Source of the DNA: Epithemia pelagica
Taxonomy: Eukaryota; Protista; Bacillariophyta
DNA: 64,000 bases
Reading direction: 5' to 3'
Assembly: GCA_946965045.2 (NCBI GenBank)
Contig: OX337236.1
Coordinates: 2,728,001 to 2,792,000, forward strand
The notes under the pieces were generated by a model. That model saw nothing but the letters and a program-made list of their open reading frames with translations. It was not told the origin of the DNA and did no database searches. The position numbers were made by a program, and so were the translations under genes. Positions 23,064-34,126 of this stretch are shown in pieces. How positions within the stretch are numbered: position 1 is the stretch's first letter; every line of letters begins with the position of its first letter.

Positions 23064-26000
23064 CTCCCCACAACTCGTCGTTTCAGCCTTGTCATCATTG
23101 GATTTGTTGAGATCTTGAACTTCTCCTTTCCAAAACAACAATGGCTTGAGCATGGGCCAAATAGATACGAAATCCCAATGTTTGCTAAGGATATCGGCAG
23201 GGTTGGTCTTTCCATCTTTCCAGTAGAATGCAACATACTTTGCTGCGATGGCTTCACGAACTCGGTGGTATGACAGAAGATGGTGTCTCTTGGATAGTAT
23301 GGAGTGAGGAACGGTTGCATTGAGCACAACAGATCTGTTATCTCCGTACAAGTAACTTCGCTCTCGGATAGGTACTCCAAGGTAGCGGAGAGAATGTCGT
23401 AATTCTGTAATCTGATCTATTGCTGTCCTTGCAGCCACAAACTCGGATCCATAGGTAGCAGTTTCCACCGTGCTCTGTCTCTTGCTGTACCAGTCAATAG
23501 GTGTTCCGTTCAACAAATGTAGAACAGCAGTGACGGATTTACCAGTGACTATGTCATGCATGAGATTGGCATCAACATAATGAGTTGTGGTAACATAGCG
23601 GCCAAGAGGTGTTGGGCAGTCTTCAGGAATACGTTCACTTGCATTCGAATAGACAGTGCGAGTCCAATCAAATTCTTGGGTAGGAAGACTTGAATAATCA
23701 GGCTCTCCAATCCTAAATCTGATTGCGCCTTCTGGGAGATGTGCAAGGTATCCATAGATACGCTTGGCTCTATCAAGATGTCCTTTCCTCGGAGCAGCAC
23801 GAAAGCGTGATAGCGTCATTGTAGCGGTGAAGACGTCGAAACGACCAATAGTGATCACCCATTGGAGTTGTCCAATCAGAGTTTGGAAATGGCTAGTACC
23901 TTCTTCATCAAGGAGCTCAGAATCATTCAATTCAGGATGATCTCCACCAATAAGAGGTGTTTTGGCTTTCTTGGGTTTCTCCTTGAAGATTCGTTCGAAA
24001 GTGTCCATCATCTTACCAATGTAGCGTCTTGGATCTGCTACGAATGTTCCATCAGAATCCTTGGTGTAACAACATCCCAAATGGAAATCAATAGGTCCAT
24101 CTCCTTTGAGTTTGAAGTTGTATTTCTCCTTCAGGATCTTGCAGATATTCCCAGGATCAGTAGAAATAATGGCTAAGTCATCAACGTATACGGCAATGTA
24201 TTCGTAACAGTCTTCTCCAGGTGCTTTCCTCATCCAGATATCCGGATCTGCTTTGCTTGGTGAAAATCCCATGTCTGTCAAAACATCGAATAAGACATCA
24301 TGCCAGCGTGCGCCTGATGACTTCAATCCATAAAGTGCCTTGTATATAATCAGGATGTGACCTTCTAATTCCTTGAATTCAGGTCCTGCGACAATGAAAA
24401 TTTTCTCCCCTGTCAAGGCTTCCAGATATGCATTTCCAATATCTGCTCCCCATATTTCCAAGTCATTCAAAGTACCCAGGAATAAGGCAATGCGGAGGTT
24501 GCGAATGGAAACAACACCTGAATAGATTGTCTCAACAGGTTCTTTTGTGAGATGTCCATCTGCGACAAGTCTTGCTTTATGTCGTCCATCATGTTTTACG
24601 TCAAAGACAAGATGCACACGTATCTTATGATATCCTTCAGGTGCATTGGATACTTTCCCTTTAATGAAGATGGCTTTCCCAAAATCCTTGAATGTCTTGT
24701 AGGACTGGATCTGTGACAATTCTAATTCTGTTGCATCCTGCCACTTTGTGTTGCCATGTTGTTTATCAAGAGCAACAGCTTCCTCATAATTGCGTGGTAC
24801 TTGAAATCCAAACTTATACTTGACGGAATGGTGAACTTGTTTAATCCTTGACTGTTTGGCTGCTCGAATGAGACGTTTGCTTGTTTTGACATAACGTTTC
24901 AAATGCTTCCATCCAGGTTCGTTGAGTAAACCATGTTTCTTTCCATAAATTGCTACAGTGATCGGATCATCATTGGCGATGAGTGATAAAGGTTCATAGG
25001 TAGTCTCCCCAGTTTCCCAATCAACAAGCAAATTATATTTGCTCCCCTTGTAATCTGGATCAGTTGTGTTCAGTGGGCCTTGATGGGCAATGACATCCCT
25101 GAACCTGAAAAGATTATCTCCAGAGGTTTGAGCTTGGTTATCTCGTTCGATATACTCCATGAGTTGATTATAGGATATCATCTCATCAACATCAGAATTT
25201 GTCTTTCGGTAAATGTACTTGACACGTTCTTCCTGTTTCGTTGCTTCTTCATTAAGATCAATGACTCGTTTGATGACACGTGCACGGTGTCGCTCCCCAT
25301 TTTCTTCTGTGTCGCATAGGAATGTGCGTCCTATCATGTCGTCAAAATCGATCGTGGGCATTGGTTTGGATGGATCTTCACTATCACTGCGAATGAAGAC
25401 AGTGTCAGCTTGCTTATCATTGTCATCCTTCTCAGACGAATCCTCCCCTGAAGGTCGATCCACACGTAGGTTAGGTGTAGTGGATTCAACACGGCGAACG
25501 GCAGAACGATAGATGATCTGGTTATCCTGGGTGAGAATTTTCCAAGTAAAAGAATCACCAACGTTGTGAGCAAAACCAACCCAGTGGCCAAGTTTCTCAT
25601 CAGAAGAAGATGGATATGAACCGGAATTGGGTTCAGCGGGGTCGACACGGTAGTAAACCTCATCCCAGAAAGGAAAGAACAAGAGATGAGTAATGTCGGG
25701 TGGGCGACCGGAGAGAGCCTCAAGAGGAGTGCGACCGGAGTGGGTGGGTGATGACGTATGGTTCAATAAGTCACAGACATACTCAAGGCAAAGAAGCCAG
25801 GTGTTGGCAGGGCAACCAGTGGCATTCATGAGAGCGTTGGTCATACGTTTAACGGTCTGGTAACGGTTTTCAGCCTTATTCTGGTGTTGATGGTAAGGTT
25901 CGGATCGATACTCCCCAATAAGCAAAGTGCGAAGAATGTCTTTAACCTTTTGAGAGATGAGAGATGAACCACCATCACTGATAAGAGTCTCCATGGCACC

Positions 26001-28745
26001 ACGAAACCGGATATTGTCCTGAAGAGTATTGACAAACTGTTTGGTTGACTTGATCCCATAGATATCAGTAACCAGAGTATCTCGACCAACAAAGATTTGT
26101 GCGACTTTACCGCCATGGTCAACAGCAGGGGTGTCGGAGAAAACCGAGTCAGTAGCAACGGGTTCATGGCGTCGAGGTATATTAAGGACCGGATTGCGAG
26201 CCTTGAAATGTTTCTTGAGGGTGTCGTGGTCAAAAGTAATGCTACCATTACGTGTAGTGTGCTTGAACGTATCGGCAATAACATCTTCAGATTGCCAACC
26301 AAAGAATGGACGGAACTTCTTCCAGTCATACGCTTCCTGGTAACGACGGTGGACAGAGGCATGAAGTGTAGGATCATTACCTTCTGCGTCAGCATAGATA
26401 GAAAAGAAGGGTGCGTCGTCAGGTCCATGATCGTATGGGAGATCCAAAAGGAGATTGAGGTTACAAACAACACGATCAGTGTACTCCCCATAGTTGTCAT
26501 ATGGATGGTTCGACATACTACCATCAGTCGTGACGTGTTTCCAATCAGGATCATTGTCAGAGGGTGTGGGAGAATACGAATGGTCCAGAACACCAGGATC
26601 CCATGTGTCGGGTGACGTGAAGATGATCTGAGGTAAGGTATCCATGTCATCGTCGCTGGGGATACCCAAGGAGTGGATGTAGGCTAACCCATCCTTGATG
26701 TGAAGGGGTATGGCACGACCATCAAGTGTAGTGATGCGTTGTTTACCATCAACTTTAACAGATCGTTCATCAACAGCAAGTCCGAAATGCTTGAATTGAC
26801 CAGGAGCATGGATAGATAAGCCCTTCCCATAATAAGCATATTCATTGAAGATGCCGACAATAGGTCCATCATTGGTCTCAAACTTTGCGGCACATGTGAC
26901 GACAGGAAGTCCAGTAAGTTCATGGTTATCAATACCCACAATAGTGATATGGCGGCCAGTCTTAGAAAGGATGCGCATGTCAGAACCAGCAAGTCCTCCA
27001 TTAGCACCACGGTCAATCAATTGATTCCCTGGTAAAGTAGATTTCCTGGAAAACAGATAGCGTGGAACATGTCCTGCTTGTTTATGCATGTTGGCTTTGA
27101 AAGTAACCTTCTTGCTCGTCTTGGACTTGGCGTTAGAAAGAACACTAGTAAGGTCAGTTGCCGGGTGATTGATATCAGTCGTCATGGCTTGGTTGATAAA
27201 TTGTGTAACCGGATCTGAATCATCTGAATGCTCAGTGACTACGCCAGGTGAGTCGTCATCAGATACAACTTGGTTGGGATCAGGATCAGGTTCCGGATCA
27301 ATGTCGAGGGCATGTGTTTGCACTGTCCTCGGTGTTGTTGATGAAGGTGTTTGAATCATCTTGTTATATTCAATGATCAACTTGCGATCTTCTTCAGAAA
27401 GTTTGAACCATAGGTCACGCGGTAGACTAACCTTGGACGAAGAGGATGGAGATTCAGATGTCGCTTTGGTGTTGTGGACATGATACTCCATATCATCTTG
27501 TGAGGTTATGTCAGCATCTGTATCTTGGCCATATAGTGATTCATGTTGTTTGACATGTCGACGGCGACTATGAACAGATGACTGGGTTGCTTGATCATGG
27601 TCATAAGCTGCGTCTAGAAGGAGACGGAAGTATGATTGATAGCAAAGGGATTTTGCACCGGATTTGGTGTTCACCACATTATCCAAGATCTTGACTCGGC
27701 GGAGATCAGGTACCTTTTCTACAGCTTGCATGAGGAAGGTCATCCTGGTATGATCAGGGATGCGATCAGACAATGTCACTAAATTGTCTAGCAAACGTAG
27801 CTGCTCTTGAAAGTGTAGAAGAAATTGACGTGTTGTTCCGCGCCATGTGTCGTCAAGACGTAGATTGGAAATGTAGTTGGTTAAGCGGAGGACTTCTCGC
27901 TTTGCTAGGTCGGATTCGGTATGCAAAGAGTGTAACTTCTGCAATACGGCACGCGCATCTTCATCATGTTCATGTTCACGTACATAGGCTCGACCTTGGT
28001 CAGTCTGAATGATACGGACAAGAACGGAGTAAAGAAATACTTGTTGCTCTTGAAAAAGTTCTTCGGCATACTCATCATCATGGGGTGGTGTGTATTTGAA
28101 ATTCAGGACGTTGGATAGGCCTTGAGCCTTAGCTGTAGTCTTGAATACACGCCAGAATGAATCGTAGTATCGTTCATCCTTGAATACCTCGTATGCAGTT
28201 GCGTCGCGCTTGGTTCCCTTTCTGAATGCTGTAAGGTCTTGTTGAGATTGGGATGCGGCAGTAACTGTGCTGACAGATTTCACAGATGACGGTGACTTCA
28301 TTGGCGAGACTGGGACTTGACTAGGTGGTCCCTTAGAGAAATCTGTGTTGATCCTCCAAGTGTTGAACTCTTTCCTCGTTAGGTTCATCCAGTCGCTATT
28401 GGATAGCTCGTCTTGAATTTCATTGGTCTTGTATGTGGCCCAATAAGCCAAGAGCTTGATCTGCTGTCTTGTGGGGCCTTGTAGATCATGTGTCTGTTTG
28501 TTGACCTTGTATTGTGTCAGTTCCTTCATGGATTCCTCGGTATTAGTTTGCATATACGAGATAACATGGGTAATGTTCTCAAAACCATGGTATTTCATCC
28601 ACTTCATTAAGTAGTCGGCCCTTTCTTTGGTGAAGAATTGGCAGACAGTAAATATGATGTGGTCGAATAGGTCTGTGTCCGAGACATTGTCTTGGTTATC
28701 TTCTCCCTTAGGAGTCGTAGGTGTCTTGGGTGATTGAGGATCCAT
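23058..28745 (-). CDS. Copia gag-pol polyprotein (gag, protease, integrase, RT, RNase H), 1895 aa
   Basis: Protease IDRGANGG; integrase DSVFSD/LISDGG/HQNKAENR; RT WGADIGNAYL and AVYVDDL; RNase H YVDANL. The INT-RT-RH order is diagnostic of Copia. Confidence 0.97.
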   Translation of the reverse strand: MDPQSPKTPTTPKGEDNQDNVSDTDLFDHIIFTVCQFFTKERADYLMKWMKYHGFENITHVISYMQTNTEESMKELTQYKVNKQTHDLQGPTRQQIKLLAYWATYKTNEIQDELSNSDWMNLTRKEFNTWRINTDFSKGPPSQVPVSPMKSPSSVKSVSTVTAASQSQQDLTAFRKGTKRDATAYEVFKDERYYDSFWRVFKTTAKAQGLSNVLNFKYTPPHDDEYAEELFQEQQVFLYSVLVRIIQTDQGRAYVREHEHDEDARAVLQKLHSLHTESDLAKREVLRLTNYISNLRLDDTWRGTTRQFLLHFQEQLRLLDNLVTLSDRIPDHTRMTFLMQAVEKVPDLRRVKILDNVVNTKSGAKSLCYQSYFRLLLDAAYDHDQATQSSVHSRRRHVKQHESLYGQDTDADITSQDDMEYHVHNTKATSESPSSSSKVSLPRDLWFKLSEEDRKLIIEYNKMIQTPSSTTPRTVQTHALDIDPEPDPDPNQVVSDDDSPGVVTEHSDDSDPVTQFINQAMTTDINHPATDLTSVLSNAKSKTSKKVTFKANMHKQAGHVPRYLFSRKSTLPGNQLIDRGANGGLAGSDMRILSKTGRHITIVGIDNHELTGLPVVTCAAKFETNDGPIVGIFNEYAYYGKGLSIHAPGQFKHFGLAVDERSVKVDGKQRITTLDGRAIPLHIKDGLAYIHSLGIPSDDDMDTLPQIIFTSPDTWDPGVLDHSYSPTPSDNDPDWKHVTTDGSMSNHPYDNYGEYTDRVVCNLNLLLDLPYDHGPDDAPFFSIYADAEGNDPTLHASVHRRYQEAYDWKKFRPFFGWQSEDVIADTFKHTTRNGSITFDHDTLKKHFKARNPVLNIPRRHEPVATDSVFSDTPAVDHGGKVAQIFVGRDTLVTDIYGIKSTKQFVNTLQDNIRFRGAMETLISDGGSSLISQKVKDILRTLLIGEYRSEPYHQHQNKAENRYQTVKRMTNALMNATGCPANTWLLCLEYVCDLLNHTSSPTHSGRTPLEALSGRPPDITHLLFFPFWDEVYYRVDPAEPNSGSYPSSSDEKLGHWVGFAHNVGDSFTWKILTQDNQIIYRSAVRRVESTTPNLRVDRPSGEDSSEKDDNDKQADTVFIRSDSEDPSKPMPTIDFDDMIGRTFLCDTEENGERHRARVIKRVIDLNEEATKQEERVKYIYRKTNSDVDEMISYNQLMEYIERDNQAQTSGDNLFRFRDVIAHQGPLNTTDPDYKGSKYNLLVDWETGETTYEPLSLIANDDPITVAIYGKKHGLLNEPGWKHLKRYVKTSKRLIRAAKQSRIKQVHHSVKYKFGFQVPRNYEEAVALDKQHGNTKWQDATELELSQIQSYKTFKDFGKAIFIKGKVSNAPEGYHKIRVHLVFDVKHDGRHKARLVADGHLTKEPVETIYSGVVSIRNLRIALFLGTLNDLEIWGADIGNAYLEALTGEKIFIVAGPEFKELEGHILIIYKALYGLKSSGARWHDVLFDVLTDMGFSPSKADPDIWMRKAPGEDCYEYIAVYVDDLAIISTDPGNICKILKEKYNFKLKGDGPIDFHLGCCYTKDSDGTFVADPRRYIGKMMDTFERIFKEKPKKAKTPLIGGDHPELNDSELLDEEGTSHFQTLIGQLQWVITIGRFDVFTATMTLSRFRAAPRKGHLDRAKRIYGYLAHLPEGAIRFRIGEPDYSSLPTQEFDWTRTVYSNASERIPEDCPTPLGRYVTTTHYVDANLMHDIVTGKSVTAVLHLLNGTPIDWYSKRQSTVETATYGSEFVAARTAIDQITELRHSLRYLGVPIRERSYLYGDNRSVVLNATVPHSILSKRHHLLSYHRVREAIAAKYVAFYWKDGKTNPADILSKHWDFVSIWPMLKPLLFWKGEVQDLNKSNDDKAETTSCGEC
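23064..23070 (-). promoter_or_regulatory. short polypurine tract
   Basis: TGGGGAG on the element strand directly abutting the 3' LTR. Confidence 0.6.
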
Positions 28746-28774
28746 GGTGTTATTTGGTTGGTTCGATGTTTATT

Positions 28775-28985
28775 TAATGTGCGGTGTGATGTGGTTTATT
28801 TAATGTGTGATGTGATGTGAACCCGGATGTACCACGTGTGCCACGTATGTACCACGTATGTGATACCCGGATGTGTGTTGTGATGTGCGACTCCTGGAAA
28901 TTTCCGTTGATTTCGACAAATTTTCGCCGAGTTTCAACAAATTTTCGCCGAATTTTCGCGATTTGACGGGAATGTGTGGCGTGTT
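28775..28985. repeat. short-repeat spacer between ORF0 and gag
   Basis: Repeats of TTTAATGTG, ACCCGGATGT, CCACGTRTG and AATTTTCGC. Confidence 0.65.
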
Positions 28986-29065
28986 GTGCGACCAAGGGTA
29001 CCCGGATGTGCGTTGAGTTTAAGTCTTGGAAAGGTTTTGAGAGGACGGGAGTTAACTATGAGTAA

Positions 29066-29845
29066 TTAAGCTTCGGTCTCCGAATCCTCACCCTCTTCCG
29101 AATGATCAGAGTCGCTTCCAGGCTCAGATGGGGCAGCACAAGCAACAGAAGAAGGGGAATCACCTTCAGCCAGGTGGTTCTCGACCTCGGCACGCAAAGG
29201 GTAGATAGTTGCACGATGGTCCTCGATGGTATGGACCTCGTGGATGTAGGCAACGTAGTTATCTAGGCGTACAACGTTAGGAGGCAGAGGGCAAGTCGTC
29301 GCGTTCACGACGTGAATGGTATTGTAGTATCCAGTTGGGCGCTCGAAGGTTAGGAAGCGGAGGTGGACAGTACGGATGGGGTTGCCCGAGAGGGCGGCAA
29401 AGATGAGGCGACGCCTCGGAGAACGATGAAGTTGGTCGTTCAGACGGTCAATGTCTTCTTGGTCGACGATGTGGGTCACCGATTGGAACTGACGTTCGAT
29501 CTGGGTCTCCCCACGGATGATCTCGGGATCGAAGGTCGAACAAGTTGGTTGGCGGAAGTACTTGATATGATCAGCAATCAACCGGGTGGTACGACGGGAT
29601 CGAGAAGGGACGAGCCGACGAGGCGGACTCGGGGGCCGAAGCAACGGCGCAGGGATCGGAGCGTGAGGCTGGGTTGGAGTCTCGAATGGGTTGCTGTTGG
29701 AACTGTCGACGGAGATGTTGACCGATGTGTTGGATGCCTTCGGCGTCGGCACCAGTTCCTGCTGCACCAGGGTATCGGGCTGCCCGGGATGCAGGTTGGC
29801 TCGATAGATCTGTCGTACAGGAGTGATAATCTCGTTAGTATCCAT
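29066..29845 (-). CDS. Extra 259-aa ORF (ORF0) of unknown function inside the Copia element
   Basis: ATG 36 nt downstream of the 5' LTR, same strand as gag-pol, uninterrupted, Pro-rich N-half and acidic tail. Confidence 0.65.
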   Translation of the reverse strand: MDTNEIITPVRQIYRANLHPGQPDTLVQQELVPTPKASNTSVNISVDSSNSNPFETPTQPHAPIPAPLLRPPSPPRRLVPSRSRRTTRLIADHIKYFRQPTCSTFDPEIIRGETQIERQFQSVTHIVDQEDIDRLNDQLHRSPRRRLIFAALSGNPIRTVHLRFLTFERPTGYYNTIHVVNATTCPLPPNVVRLDNYVAYIHEVHTIEDHRATIYPLRAEVENHLAEGDSPSSVACAAPSEPGSDSDHSEEGEDSETEA

Positions 29846-29868
29846 GAAACCACAAGGAAATAAGCTTT

Positions 29869-29881
29869 GAGACTGTTAATC
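29869..29881 (-). promoter_or_regulatory. candidate primer-binding site complementary to a tRNA-Asn(GUU) anticodon arm
   Basis: The element strand reads GATTAACAGTCTC immediately after the LTR, with no TGG. Its complement GAGACTGTTAATC has the form stem-CT-GTT-AA-stem. Confidence 0.55.
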
Positions 29882-30664
29882 TGTTACAATTCTTTCTGAA
29901 TCGTAGGGACATTGATGCTCGGTAGAGCAGACAATCAGGTAGGTCACCAACCGATACAAGCTTCTCAGGGTCAGAGAAGCAAGCAAGTCGAAGTCTATCA
30001 GAAGGATAGTCGGGACACAAAAGAGGATGTGATAAATGGTGATATTGTTAGATTGTGTGTTGATTACTACGATAGGTCTACGTGAAATGTTCGGTCCTGC
30101 CAAGGGTCATGTGTCATAGGTTCTTGGCGGCAACAGGTTTGGAATAGTTGGAGTTGATTCATGTGATGTATATGACATGTATATGTGGGCGGATAACATA
30201 TACAGGGTCAACAGCTCTTGCTTTGGGTTGGCATAGTTGTTTTCATGGCGCGCAGCTTGTTGACAATTTGGAGATTGTGGGAATGGAAATATGGTCTCGC
30301 GTGATCGTGTGTCGTGCTTGGGATACTTAGACCGTTGGATCGGATAGATGCCGATAGCGCTCGGATGTCGCTTGGGCGCGCTCGATGATTTCGGGCGCGT
30401 ACGCTTAGGGCGTTAGTATAATGTCCGAGCAACGGCCAAATTTATGTCCGTTGTAATACCGCACGACCCAGTTTAGTCTTGAGAGTGAGTTCGTCAATCT
30501 ATTCTCACTTTTCATGATTTGCGAAGAAATATAGGTCGATATAGCGCGAAGCTAGGAAACATAGCTCGAAGCTAGAGGGCATGATGCGATAGCACGAGGC
30601 TATGTGACATGGGGAATCGATGAGATGTAGAATCTAACCACCATAGACGGTGAGAATTCTAACA
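29882..30664 (-). repeat. 5' LTR
   Basis: 783 bp, matches 22281-23063 at offset 7601. Confidence 0.95.
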
Positions 30665-33600
30665 CTACTCCCGGGACGGCGGTTGTCTCCCAACCTGATG
30701 ACCCGAACGGCGATCGAAAGCCTTCCGCCTCCGACAAGTCTACCCTCAAGGATGATGCTAAAGATGACGACATTTCGGTTGATTCTGACGCTGACCTCCA
30801 GCAGAAAGCCTTCTTGGATGTTGTTGCCTCCAAGTCCGAGTTCCCGTTCCAGACTGACAAGAAACTCAAGGCTCCGCCTCCTCCAGCTCGCAAGACTTCT
30901 GCTTCTCGTCTCGACAAAGATGCTCCTCCAGATGCTCTTGATAAGGATGGTTTCATCCTGGTTGACAATGAAATCGGTGACGACGCCATCAACGACAATC
31001 CGTCCTCCTCCTTTCGTGCAGGCGCCTATCGTCACGAATTTTACTTCACTCAAGATTTCCATTTGCTCGGGAACAAGTCTTTGGAGCACATCTTCTCCAA
31101 ACTGGAGAAAGTCGACCCTATCGACTGGTGCGATTCTTTTCTCCAGCCGTTTCATGTCGCTCTAACTTGTGATCCTACTTTGTGGTCGCAAGCATACTCT
31201 AGTTTTAATCGTCTGTCCTCTTCTGACGATCTACATATTTGGTTGACCTCGAAGATGAGAGGAAACCCTTTAGCCTTTCTGGGTTTGTCTCGTGGTGATC
31301 GCCCCGCCCTTCTTTTTCACAACCTCTGTTGCCCTGCAGATTGCGGGACGATTGTCGAACCTGAAACGATCTTCTACGGACTCAACTGCATCTCCTTTGA
31401 AACTATGCCCTTCCAGATTGAGAGTGATGATATCCCTCTACTTTTGAGTGATCATGTCTTTTCCCAAGTCCCCACCTTTGCGGAGATCCTTGAGCATTGT
31501 GTTGTTGAAATCGAAGACTTCTCCCCTTCTTCGTCTTTTCCCCATCTTTGGTTTGATCCCTCCAAGTTTTAGACATTCACCTCCTCGTCACCTTCCTCCA
31601 ACGAATCAAAATCCAGTCGGGAATTCTACTGCTCAAGTTTGTGCCTCATCCCACCGTGCTTGTCTGGATTGTTGCTTCATAACACTGACTCTTCGCGCGT
31701 CTCTTTCGAAGACATCGCTAGCGGATTATACAAGGTAGCCTTATTCCATTGGTGGGAAGCCTCCCAAGAGCTTCCCACCGATACCAAGAAACAAGGTATG
31801 CCTCTTGATTACCCTCTTCTTCAGATTCAAGAACCCATTCTCCGTTTCCTTTGGGTTGTGCTTCATCGTCGGGACTCTCCGAAGCTGCAATCGATCTTTC
31901 CCTCGATCCCCAAGGATCCGTCCAAAGCGGACAAGAATGCATTGTTGGATCATCGCTCTCGCATCTTTCCCGCTCTCAGCACTAAGCACCCCCAAGAACA
32001 GCAGTCCTCTTCTCGACGCCCATCCCTCCGTCGATCCAATTCAAGTGTGCATTTTTGGTCACCCTCACCGGTTGATTGTTTGCCTCCTTCCCAAGATTCT
32101 TCTTCTTCAAACGATTGTTCCTCCTCTCAAGGTGGCGTCCGAATGTTAGACGATGAAGGGAATGTACATTTTGTTTCACCAGAAATGTTCTTACTCTCAA
32201 AATGTATCAAGGAGGTGACCTCCAAGAAGAGCGGCAACGAAGACGACATCACTGCTCCCGAGTCCAAGAGCATGTTCCAAGACATGCCCTTGAACGCCCA
32301 GAAACAATTGCGTTTGGGCTCCATCACTCCGTCCGCATCGTCTCTCCCCAAAGAACTTTCTCCAATCATCAAGATTGTGTGGAAATCGAAAAACTCCGCA
32401 ACCTTTTTCAAATCATTCCTTGCAGAGGTGTTTGATCCATCCGACAACGCTTGTACTATCCTCTTTGGACAGTGCACCGGCGTGATTCAGAGACTTGGCC
32501 TCCTATGGAAATCTGAGGCTTCTTGCCCAGGCGGATTCAGCCCGTTCTCATTTGATCCTTACGCCATCCCAGGCCTGGATTCCAACAACACCCTTGACAA
32601 GAACATTCGCCAGCAAATCCACGATGCTTCAATGTGTCACCTAAACGACATGAAGCAATCGAAGGAAATGCAACAGCTTTACTCCGACCATAACCTCTTC
32701 TTTCCCAGGACGGCCGACGAATTCGAAAAACAGCTTCGATCCTTTTGGGCCTGTGCCAAAGGACTTTGTGGTGCCTCTTCGGTTATTGCGAATCAAATTC
32801 TCAAAGTGTTGAATTTTTATCACCAGTTCCGTACCAAGATCATGGCAAAACAACAGAGCTCCAGCAATGACTTTTACTTCGGCCAATTTCTCTTCGCCAT
32901 TGATGAAGCTGTCCAAGAATTTGTGGCGACCCTTTCCAGTGCCTCATCCATCAGTGAAATTGGTTTTCGTGACTTCGAGGAACAAGTGAATTGGATTTTA
33001 TTTACTGTGAAGACTGGTTCGACCTTGGTCTCTCTCCCTCCAGTCCTTCAAGCCAAGTTCCAAGTAAATCAACAAAAACATTCTTCCAAGAAACGGTCTA
33101 GTGGTCCTGATGATGGTTCTCCAAGCTCCAAACGCCAGCAAAACTCATCCTCCTCGAATTCGGATTCCTCCAAGACCCCCATTACCTTCGACTCTCCTTC
33201 AAATTGGCTCCTCACACAGAACTTGAACTATATGCGCGTCTTTCCTCCAAGTGTTCTCACAAAGATCCCTTTCATTGAAAAGAATGGCAAGAAGCAACAT
33301 TTTTGCAATATTCTCTTCACGAAAGGAATTTGTAAGAAAGGGAAGAAGTGCAAGTTCCTCCATGACGATCCCAGCAAACACGACAAGAAAGCGGAGATGG
33401 ACGAGTTTTACCGATCCGCGTACGCCAACGCCAATAGCAATTGACGCCAGGACGGGTTGATTGTTGCCTCCTCTTCGATTCCTTCTCCTTTGTTGCGAGA
33501 CGACTCTCAACCCACCAATAATAGTAAAATTATAGTTCCATAGTGTTCTCACTTGAAGCCTCTTGCTCCACCTCCGCCACTTTCATCCGACATTGTTCCA

Positions 33601-34037
33601 TCCTTTCTCCCTCCATTGGCGACACGTTGTTGCGAAAGCCCAAACCTCGTGGACGCGGATGCGCATCCTCGATGCATGCTTCTTGCAAGACCAGCAAAAA
33701 CTTGTTCCCGACCAAAACAGTAAGGTTACACACACAAGCCAAAATGCGCGATACAAAGAACGTACAATACATAATATACGCCTCATCCCCCATTGCCTTA
33801 TCAAGACCAAAAGTGTACAAGCTGAGTTCAGGGAGTGTGTTCCTGTCGTAGACTCCTGTACAATTATTACTACAAGAACAATCCTCGATAGCGTTATGTG
33901 GTATTAGTGTCCGACTAGCGACTTCCCAGTGGCTTTAATAAGTATTTTATTATCTGTAGTGTTATGTGTGACTTCTTCCGAACGCTAGAATTTCGTCAAA
34001 AATTACGGTTGACTGTTGACCATGGTGGAGGGCCATC

Positions 34038-34126
34038 CCAACCGCGTACCTTGTTGCCGAGCTGTATCGAGGTGCCTCAGGGTGTTGTTAGGCCATCACC
34101 AATGGGGCAACAAGGTATGCGGTTGG
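34038..34126. other. stem-loop near the 3' end of the gag-only element
   Basis: CCAACCGCGTACCTTGTTGCC pairs with GGCAACAAGGTATGCGGTTGG (20/21 Watson-Crick, one G-T). Also present at 49097-49185. Confidence 0.75.

Larger units (their letters stand above)
22281..30664 (-). mobile_element. Full-length Ty1/Copia (CoDi-like) LTR retrotransposon
   Basis: 783-bp TG..CA LTRs and a 5-bp TSD CTACT (22276-22280, 30665-30669). Empty site at about 45855-45859. Intact gag-pol. Confidence 0.97.
22182..33444 (+). pseudogene. gag-like CCCH zinc-finger ORF, copy A, disrupted
   Basis: Copia insertion after codon 33, plus GAG->TAG at 31570-31572 relative to the intact copy at 45761-48496. Confidence 0.85.
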
